This document shows positions 54,560 through 64,000 of a DNA stretch of 64,000 nucleotides, piece by piece. Positions within the stretch are counted from its first letter, which is position 1, and each line of letters opens with the position of its first letter. The notes below the pieces were generated by a model. The model was not told where the DNA came from. It did no database searches and saw nothing but the letters and a program-made list of their open reading frames with translations. Origin of the DNA: Ruditapes philippinarum (lineage: Eukaryota); assembly GCF_026571515.1 (NCBI RefSeq), contig NW_026862663.1:496001-560000 (forward strand), written 5' to 3'. The translations under genes were made by a program, and so were the position numbers.

Positions 54560-55300
54560 TAAGCTCACCTGAGCACTAAAAGCTGTCCATTGCCTCTTAT
54601 CCACAATTTGTTTGTCGGTTTTGTACTATATGAATCCAACTTGCTAAGGACTGTGTACCTTGCACACATATTGTTCCATTTTTTGGGTGGGCTTGTACTT
54701 CACAATCATGATATGAATCTTTTATGAATATGCATTAATGGTCATATTTGTTTAACAATTCTCATGAATTTTTCATTGTAGGTCAACAATTCTATCATGC
54801 CTGGATAAATTTGTAAATATATTGGACATGATGTTGGCATGTTTCATGCAAGAACAAGGTCAAGGTCACACATGCCTATAAATGATCTTGTTTGGTGCAT
54901 AACTTTGTTATTCAGGGATAGTATTGAAATATTTTTGCATAAACATGCTGCTTATTAAGATCAAAGTGATGTTTTAACAAGGTACAGTTTACCAGCGGTA
55001 AAGGTCAAGGTTATACTAAGTCATATGTAATGATATGATGTTGCATTGATAGACATGTCCTGAGTCTGTATCTTTGTCCTTTATTGATATATTTCACAGT
55101 AGCTTTAGTTTTGTAGTGATCATTTTGCACTTACTGTTACAAACAATTTGTGATGAATTAGACCAAGCATGTAGCTTAATGGTCAAGGTCATAGGTAAGA
55201 TTTTTAAAAATGTACAATGGTGGTCTAAATGTCTGCTTATCAATTCTGTCATTCATACAGGAAATTTAAATAACCAGTCATAATTTTGTGATACATAAAG
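54560..55300 (+). mobile_element. Degenerate HINE-type element
   Basis: Starts AGCTCACCTGAGC; diverged units with (A)AGGTCAAGGT at ~54857, ~55001 and ~55181. Confidence 0.5.
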
Positions 55301-57573
55301 AAGACTTGCTGTGTATAAATCTTTAAATAAATAATTTAAACAGTGAACTACATATTTTATAATAAAGTATTTTTGTTATTCTCTTTAAAAATTATGCAGT
55401 GAAAATATCAGCACATTTCTAAATATAATCGGCACACAAAAAACTCTGCAATAAACAAAGCATATTTTTGAGTACAATAAATAATGTTCACCTGCAAAAC
55501 TACTTACAAATAGTTTCATATTCTTATTTTAATTACCTCTGAAAGAAGAACAATGAAACAGGAATCATAATAATGGTACAGTATACATATATGATGGTAT
55601 TTTTATGGAATTCCAAGATAACTGGTGTCTGAATTTCAGAAAAACCCTAGTCATGATATTTCTCTGAATACATCAAAATGGTGAGTAAAACACAAATGCA
55701 TTTAAACTGAATAAAATTGAAAAAAAGAAAAGAAAAAAAAATGAAATTGCAAGAATTTCAAAAATTTGACCCGAAAAAGTTTAGGGAATGGAGATCATAT
55801 CTCAATCATAGATAAATGAAACTCATATGCCATTTTAAGTATCATGTGACAAAGTATGGAGGCTTAAATGTTGGTTTCCTTTTCAAAACTTTAATGTATA
55901 CAACCATAATTTGAGAATTTTGCCTTTTGGTTATTTACCAATTTGTATCCCTTTGATTGTTAGGACTTCCATGTAGTGAAGAAAATCTAAATATGTTTAA
56001 ACAATTTTCAAAATGATTCTGATATTAAAGTATCATTTAAGTAGCTAATGTAGTTTAATAAAAAGACTGCACATTTCCTATTTTTTATGTAGAGAAATTT
56101 GAACTGCTATCTGTTTGCTGTATTTACAATTTTTGAATAATATAAAAATTTAGAATGGGCATTTCAAATTAAAAAATCTGATGTATATATTCTAACGGGA
56201 GGTATTCCCAGCTTTGATACCTGTCCAGATTTGATATTTAGTTTGATCTTGTCTCAAATTTTTACTTGAAGTGTTTGATAATTTTTTCTAATCACAGAAT
56301 AACATGATAAATTTATTAGAATTTATCTAGGCAAATAGATTATAAACATTATTTTGTATATTCTTGGTGGTGGGTGGTTATCTCTACCAGAATGTATTTA
56401 GTTCTGGGAGAGTAACACAGCCTTTTTAGTCAAATTAAATCAAAAGTAAATTTTCTTTGGATCATTATGATTACTCATATAAGATAGCAACCTTATTTTT
56501 TGCTTATATTTCTACAAGTATTCGATCTCTACCCGGTAAATCTATTTTTACTTACATTCCTGGCAAATATATCCAATAATTGAGAGCAATAAGAGAAATG
56601 ACCAGTAAATTGTTGTAATTGATAGATAAGATTGGCATAATACCTATTTACAGTGCTAATTGATAACACTTGTCTGATAGTAAAAAAAAACATATCTTGT
56701 CAGATCACTGAACTCGCTCTTGAACTCTCAATAGCTTTCCTCTAAAATATCAGCAGAAAAAATATAGCTGTTCACTAGTCTTTAATTGGAGGCATTTTAT
56801 TGGTTAAATTAACAAGAAAAATACTTGGATTAACTTGCTTGGATTAAAAAAAATTACATTACATGTTGTTTAGACTACAGACAGATCCTTAATTGATTGT
56901 AAGTTTTCAATATGATACCTATTATGTGAGATATGGTATTCAATTAAAGCCCCTGCAATAATCTTGTAGTAAGGCTGTCAGAATCATGAATTCGATACAC
57001 TTCAACTTGACCAACTGGAAGTCGTAAGCTTAATACATCCCTTTTAATATTGCTATGCAACTTGCCTGATTGTTTTTTTCTGGATTTGAGTAATTTTCAC
57101 ATCAGTTATGATATCCTCCAAAGCTAATAAACTGTCTTATTTTTCTGGACAAGAATAAAGCACACATATTAAATTATTTTAGTAACAATATGTAACATAT
57201 ATCATACACAATATTCAATCAAACTGATACAGCAACTTTATTAATGAAAGGCAAAATTAATGTCTGTTAGATATTTGCATTCAGTATGTGTATTTGCATA
57301 AGATAAATTAAAAGTAATGTCTGTCTTTTTTGTATAGAAAAAAATATATATCAAATGTTGATTCTGAGTTTCACATAAATGAATAACATTTGTTTTCTTC
57401 ACTGCCCTATTACCTAACTCCTATTTGAATTTGCCGAGAAAAAAAATAAGCAAAATGTGTAAATAGGTTTTCATTGATTGTCTACTATTTCTGTCTCTTC
57501 AACAGTACCTATTTACACAATTCTTCAACAGTACCTATTTACACAATAAAATTATAACAAACTTCTAATATGG

Positions 57574-58270
57574 TCCCCTTTGTGGCTGAGGGGTTGCCAT
57601 TTAGGGTTGAGGCATCAGAATTGTAGCCACTATTTGCCCCTGCATGAACATAAGAGGTGACTTAATTGGTTTGAATTACTAGAGTCTGTACATCTGTTAG
57701 CTCCAGCAGGTGAGATGGTTTCGACCCCAGGCCCCGTGTTCACAAAGAAAAGATCAGGATCAGGATCAAGTGATCCTGATTTTATTTTCTTTGTTTTATA
57801 TAACTAATATTGATTGTATTTTGCTAGAATTGAATGGTACATAAAGTTAATGTAATATTTTGCTGATTTGCAAAGAAACAATCCTGTTTTGGGATAAAAT
57901 AGACAAATAACGAAACAAATACAAAAATAATGGGATCAAAATAAGGATCAATTTTAGGATCAAGATCAATATTTGGATTAACTGTAAAATGCCCATATCT
58001 TTCAAAAATTACAATAAATTTATTCTTTAATTTCAAAAACATGCTATTTCAAGTCCAGTTTTATCAAGTTAATATTAAATATCTAATCTATAAGAATTAA
58101 CAATGGATAATATTTGAGTTTTTAGATTTGATCCTGATCTTGATCCTGATCCTAAAATCTTTGTGAACACGGGGCCTGGTGTTGCTTTAAGTTTATAACA
58201 CTTGAGGTAAGCCAAAATTAGCTTTGCTGTTTCAGTGCCATATGACCATTTGCACTGTAAAACCAAACAA
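57574..58270 (+). mobile_element. SINE-like retroposon without tRNA head, copy 2 (split by a MITE)
   Basis: Homology to copies 1 and 3 on both sides of 57730-58176; tail CCATATGACC..TGTAAAACCAAACAA; 10-bp TSD TCTAATATGG / TCTACTATGG (57564-73, 58271-80). Confidence 0.85.
57730..58176. mobile_element. MITE with GGCCCCGTGTTCACAAAGA TIRs (Harbinger/Tourist-like)
   Basis: Perfect 19-bp TIR, extending to CCAGG/CCTGG; subterminal (GATCAG)n / (CTGATC)n repeats; its absence from retroposon copy 1 shows it is an insertion. Confidence 0.87.
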
Positions 58271-58857
58271 TCTACTATGGCACTTGTTATCCACCATTAA
58301 CATACCTAAAGCTTAGCACAATTGCAGTGTATATATCAATATATATTCACTCAATTTTTTGGAATTTCTACTTAATTTTTTCCTTATACCATACATATTT
58401 AGAATACTGTTAGTTATATATAATGTTAGTGCCATTAAGCTTGATTACAAGCAAGCAATTTGATTTGATATATATTTTACACTATGTCATTACTACATAA
58501 ACACCTGCAAGTTCTAATTAAAGTAGTTTATTACCATTGTTTAATGCACAGAAACACCTCTGTGATTTCTTGTTCATTTAATTGTCCTATTGTTATTACT
58601 TACAGTTTCTTTCCTTGGCAAACATACAAAAACACAGTACACAATGCATGTATTTCAGTAATATTTCAATACAGAGTGTAAGTTTTCGACAAATGTTGTA
58701 CAATTCTTTCACACTCCTTCAATACAGAAGACAAATGTAGTTCTGTTTCTAAGCAGCGGAAGCAATATGTTTTATTTAATTAACATTGAAATCAATGAAC
58801 AGATTTGTGTATCATAATCTGGTTCCACAAACAAATAAACAGTAGATAAACTTTATA

Positions 58858-59763
58858 TTATAGTGTTAACGCATGTTTTTCCGTGTTATAACATCTGCAG
58901 AGTCCAGAGGAACGGTTGGTGCCCGAGCCGGGACGGCCAGGGCTCCAACAGTTTCGAGGTACTCTGCAGACGTTATTACACGGGGGAAAAAAAGGTGCGT
59001 TGATGCTATTATAGCATACAATTTTAAACCAGATTGATATAGGCTTATTTAATACAAAGCAAATGCATTAAATCCCGGGTAAAATGGTTTGCATTTGGAC
59101 AGTATTTATCCAGTTCACACGTCGTTTTCGTTTTGGCAACATGTTTTACGTATGCGTTTTATTTTTCCGGGGCCAGCAACTTGGGAAATACATATCAAAT
59201 GCTCAGAGCTAAACGAAATGTCGACTTCTAATTGATTTAACAAAGCTTAACAACTCAAGATAGAAATTAAATAAGTCTACCCCAGACAAAGCATGACCCT
59301 CAGAAATTCAGATTGAAGAAGAAAAATCACTAGACTTGTGACTTGACATTAGAATCATTTTTGAAAGTTCATAAAAAATTGGCACTAAACATTATTCTCA
59401 CAAAGAAATATAAAGAGTATTTATCAACATATTAATAACAATAAAACAACATTTTCTCATATTCACTTTGTGTTATCTTGTTTTCTAAGATAATTCGAGT
59501 TAAACTGAATGACATTTATTTGTTTACATTGACAAGTGTCAGTTTCTTAGATAGGGCGGCAACTAAGATTAGTGGCGAAGTCTATACGCCATATGTCCGG
59601 CATAGTTACTGGAGTGCTGCTCACCCTCATGCGATTGAGGCCCTCAATAAAAAATTTTAATATAACAAGAGCGCATGACTCTTTGGCAATTAGGCCAAAT
59701 CAACATTTATGTTTGTTAACTGGGCCCTGTATGTATTGCGCATAGGTAAAACCCGGCTATAAA
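58858..59763. mobile_element. CpG-rich putative transposon with a ~155-bp terminal hairpin
   Basis: Long imperfect inverted repeat 58858-59013; CpG-rich sequence continues to ...CCCGGCTATAA at ~59760. The right boundary and the class (Crypton-like?) are uncertain. Confidence 0.5.
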
Positions 59764-61364
59764 AAGAGCGTGTGACTCTGTAAACACATGGTTTGGCGGC
59801 GTTAAAACATGGACAAAAGAGGGGAAAATGGCCGATTTTATGCTTTAATTTAAATTAAAAACGGTTTGTGTATATGCATTCCTGAGAGAGAACAACATTG
59901 TTGCAAAATCAAGTATAAAGAAATAAGTGTGAACCAAAAGAAAAACAGTGCAGCATTCATATAATTGCATATTTGATACTATAAGTAAATGATAAATATT
60001 TCAAAACAGGGATAAAGGATTTACTCGATGTGTTGTGATTTTATATTGCTTCACTGCCAGTCAGTGTCCAGATTTTATTTAACACCAAACTTCAAAATAT
60101 GTAGTCTGTGGCCAGACCAAAAGATAAAGAATAAGTTATCATACTTAATATCACCTTGGTCAAAACATCAACAATAACATGTTTCATCACATGCATGACT
60201 AAAAATGTAGAAAATAAAAATGATCATAATAGACCAATGCAATCAATGTCAAGACTCAGTATTGCTCCAGTATGCTGGAATGTAAAAAAAGAAAAATATT
60301 TTTTTCTGTTCTTTTTTTATTTTCCAGGTGGATTATTTCAGCTCAATCAATGAAAACAAAACACCATTAAGTGGTATCAATGATCAGTTTACTTTCACAA
60401 GTGTTTACCTGAACCAATAAAAAATCTCAAATTCTATCTCAGTAAATATCAGCTGTACTTCTGGTTAAGGTATAAGGTCCATCAGGAGATCATATCAATT
60501 TGGGAGAACTAATTCTCTTTATATTATTAACTTGTTAAATTGACAAGACCGGGCCTAGCTTTCAGGCTGTTTAACTTTTTGAGAGAACTGCCTCATGAGT
60601 GGCAAAATCTGTACTGACCAATCAAATGCCTTAGATTTGAGTTTGAGCTTAGAAGTTTTCTTTTAAGCCTCATGACCCAGGTCTTATTTAAATGATTGAT
60701 TGACTGATTATGGATGCATCACCTTAATTAATTCCTTCAAATAAAAACCGAAGTTGTGCAAAACCAGCATGCATGTTTAATCATTTTCTTTCCTTAATCA
60801 TTTGCTGTTGAAATTACACTTTCTTTGCCTTAATCTAAAACATTGTATCCAGATGATATAAGAGTAAAGATGAATCTGTTTCTGCTTAAAGTGTTTTCTT
60901 GCATCTGCAAATTACAAACAAAAATTGGTGTTTTGTGAAAATTATAGGGTCTATAACAGTGTAATGATGTAATTATTAATGTAATTAAAAAGTATCAATT
61001 ATTTTTAGTGTTTAATGTAGTCAAATAATTTTTTTATGATGCTTTTTAAATGATATTAAATTCTAAGCTTTATTTCATTTTTATATGAAAAAAAGATAAT
61101 GAAACATGTTGAATTATTATGTTAATGATAAGAATAATAAGATCACGGGTCATAAAATTTAAGAAAAAGCCTTAAAGACTGCTCAAAGTCTGAGACATAC
61201 ATGTATGTTTGTTCTCATTTTTGTTCAAACATTATCTCTAGGCCAATGTTATGCAGGACTGTACCTAGCTCAAAAGTTTATCAAATTTATTCTTGTTGCA
61301 AAAAATGTAATCTTTAAAATATATTCATCCAAGACCACAAGGCTCTCAGCTTTGATATTAATTG

Positions 61365-61850
61365 TATCTCCACCACAAATATGTGGAGGGAACCATACTG
61401 GAGTCATTTTGGTGTTAATCAGTATGTCTTCATCATGTTAGCTTTATGCCTTAAAAGATTTTCTTCAAACTCAATTGTTCAAAAGGTCAAATAATGTTCA
61501 CCTCAATATGGGATGTGCAGAACATTCTGTCACCGCTGAGCCAGGTCAAGGTCATCCTTGAAGGTCATATGTTAGTCAATTTTTGTATTTATCCCATATT
61601 AACACACATTTTGATTTTAAGGTCATTATAGCTGCGTAGGTCAAAAGTCAAGGTGTTACTTTGTGGAAAATCCTTGTTTCATCTATGATTTTAGAACTTA
61701 AAGGAGTGAACCTTAGTTTGTTTACTTTAGTAAGGATATTGCACATATTCAGTAATTGACTTCTTTTGATTTTGATGTCATTAGGTAAAAAATCTAGCTA
61801 TTATAGGGGATTTGGCCAAGGGGCACTCAGGTATGAGAGTTTTGCATCAT
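61365..61850 (+). mobile_element. Degenerate HINE-type element related to 46159-47945
   Basis: 5' CTCCACCACA..TGTGGAGG hairpin; AAGATTTTCTTCAAACT..ATGTTCACCTCAA..GGATGTGCAGAAC..AGGTCAAGGTCA matches the 168-bp unit. Confidence 0.65.
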
Positions 61851-62622
61851 TTTGATGAAAGACATGATATTTGTCTGTCAACAATCATACATATTTAAAA
61901 ATACACATTAATTTTAGAGGGAAATTGGACCAAGCTTCTGCCCCAAAAAATTAAATGAAATGAAAGCCCTGAAGATAACATTGAAATTGTGTTAAATCCT
62001 TGTCTTATTAATTTACAAAGGATTAAGTTTTTCTTGAAGTAAGAAGAAAGACACATAATTATATCCTTAATTGCAGAAATGTGTCCGTTGTATTATTACC
62101 CAGTTGAAAGTTGGACAACCTTTGTACATTCTATGTCTGTTAAAGCATTCACACAGTGACAACATTACTACTAAAAACACATAAATAATAGCAAAGAAAA
62201 CAAAAATATGCCAAACCCTAATTAGCACCAGAATCATTGTAATGATTTTGTTATGATGTATATTCTCGAAATGTTGATTACAAAAACAAAAATACTCCTT
62301 CTTCTAAATAGATTTCACCACTTTTTATTGCCTCATTATTACAAATGGGTTTCCTACCTTCTTGTAAGTGTCAGTTTTCTTGTTAAGTTTTTCTTTCAAG
62401 AAAAAATATATGACAGGTGGAAAATAAAAATACCCGCTAAAATATTGATAGTATCTGTCATAAGATTTAAGTTTAGTGCTGACTTGCATTGATTTTACAC
62501 TTATATTGTTCAGCACTATAAGAACATGATATAATATGATAAATTCTATGCTCAAGGATATTTGAATCTGTGAAATAAGTCAGAATTGCTTTTAATACCA
62601 TTTGCAAATTATTCAAGAATAG

Positions 62623-62850
62623 CCCCCTTGTGGCTTAGGGGTTGCTTTTAAGGGTTGAGGCATCAGAATTGCTGCCGCCATTTATCTCTGCTGTGTGATT
62701 GTAAGAGGTGACTTAATGGGTTAGAATTACTTTAGACTAAGCAACTCTTTTTACCCATAATGTTGCTTTAAGTTTGAAACACAAAAAGTAAGCCAAAAAT
62801 CATCTTTCCTGTTTCAGTGCCATATGACCTATACTGTGTTGGTTTCCTGT
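62623..62850 (+). mobile_element. SINE-like retroposon without tRNA head, copy 3
   Basis: Homology to copies 1 and 2; tail GCCATATGACCTATACTGTGTTGGT. Confidence 0.82.
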
Positions 62851-62859
62851 TTAGATTGT

Positions 62860-63150
62860 TTGAGATCTCTTAGCTATTTCTTTACCTAAGTTTGGACTGT
62901 GTTAGATCTCTTACATGTTTCTTTACCTTACTTTGGCTTGCTTTAGAGCTCTAGTAGCTATATCTTTACCTCATTTTGGCTGTTTAAGATCTGTTAGCTG
63001 TTTCTTCACCATACTTTGAACTGTGTTAGAATTCTTAAATGATTCTTTACCTTATTTGGCTTGTTTTATATATCTAGTTACTATGTCTTTACCTAACTTT
63101 GGACTGTTTAATTTAGATCTCTTAGCTGTTTCTTCACCTCACTCTAGACC
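62860..63150. repeat. Old diverged tandem array, ~42-bp units
   Basis: About 7 units of AGATCTCTTAGCT.TTTCTTTACCT.ACTTTGGACTG, with signs of a three-unit period. Confidence 0.75.
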
Positions 63151-63151
63151 T

Positions 63152-64000
63152 TTGCAGATTGCTCATTTACTCTAGACTGCTGCAGATTGCTCATTTACTC
63201 TAGACTGCTGCAGATTGCTCATTTACTCTAGACTGTTGCAGATTGCTCATTTACTCTAGACTGCTGCAGATTGCTCATTTACTCTAGACTGCTGCAGATT
63301 GCTCATTTACTCTAGACTGCTGCAGATTGCTCATTTACTCTAGACTGCTGCAGATTGCTCATTTACTCTAGACTGCTGCAGATTGCTCATTTACTATAGA
63401 CTGCTGCAGATTGCTCATTTACTCTGGACTGTTGCAGATTGCTCATTTACTCTAGACTGTTGCAGATTGCTCATTTACTATAGACTGCTGCAGATTGCTC
63501 ATTTACTCTGGACTGTTGCAGATTGCTCATTTACTATTGACTGCTGCAGATTGCTCATTTACTCTAGACTGTTGCAGATTGCTCATTTACTCTAGACTGT
63601 TGCAGATTGCTCATTTACTCTAGACTGCTGCAGATTGCTCATTTATGCTGGACTGTTGCAGATTGCTCATTTACTCTAGACTGCTGCAGATTGCTCATTT
63701 ACTCTAGACTGTTGCAGATTGCTCATTTACTCTAGACTGTTGCAGATTGCTCATTTACTCTAGACTGCTGCAGATTGCTCATTTACTCTAGACTGCTGCA
63801 GATTGCTCATTTACTCTAGACTGCTGCAGATTGCTCATTTATGCTGGACTGTTGCAGATTGCTCATTTACTCTGGACTGTTGCAGATTGCTCATTTACTC
63901 TGGACTGTTGCAGATTGCTCATTTATGCTGGACTGTTGCAGATTGCTCATTTACTCTGGACTGTTGCAGATTGCTCATTTATGCTGGACTGTTGTAGATT
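63152..64000. repeat. Homogeneous 28-bp satellite TGCAGATTGCTCATTTACTCTAGACTG(C/T), ~30 copies, runs off the window
   Basis: Exact 28-bp periodicity (e.g. 63181, 63209). Confidence 0.98.

Noticed and set aside
60276-60290. TGGAATGTAAA match to miR-1 (and TGGTCCCCTT at 57571 matching miR-133)
   Set aside because: Only 10-11 nt match, no pre-miRNA hairpin; the second lies at a retroposon junction.
63152-64000. CRISPR-like regular 28-bp repeats and their ORFs
   Set aside because: Head-to-tail units with no spacers, no cas genes, eukaryotic context.

Overview
AT-rich eukaryotic genomic DNA, most likely a bivalve mollusc. This is inferred from the repeat families; no species is provable from the sequence alone. 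The left ~21 kb holds one complete three-exon gene for a BMP3/GDF10-class TGF-beta ligand (701-983, 14362-15341, 18389-18580; 484 aa) with canonical GT-AG introns in matching phases. At ~27.4 kb the sequence switches from CpG-normal to strongly CpG-depleted, suggesting the methylated body of a second, unidentified long-intron gene; only weak candidate exons of it are visible. That right half is packed with non-autonomous mobile elements, often nested: P-, piggyBac-, hAT-, Harbinger- and Tc1/mariner-like MITEs, Helentron-type HINEs carrying tandem arrays, SINEs, and five minisatellite arrays. No transposase, reverse transcriptase, tRNA, rRNA or CRISPR array was seen. The most unusual observations are (i) a three-copy ~240-bp retroposon lacking a tRNA head, whose 5' end can fold into a covarying pseudoknot (candidate ribozyme-headed SINE), and (ii) a four-copy double-hairpin repeat in and just downstream of the BMP3 gene.
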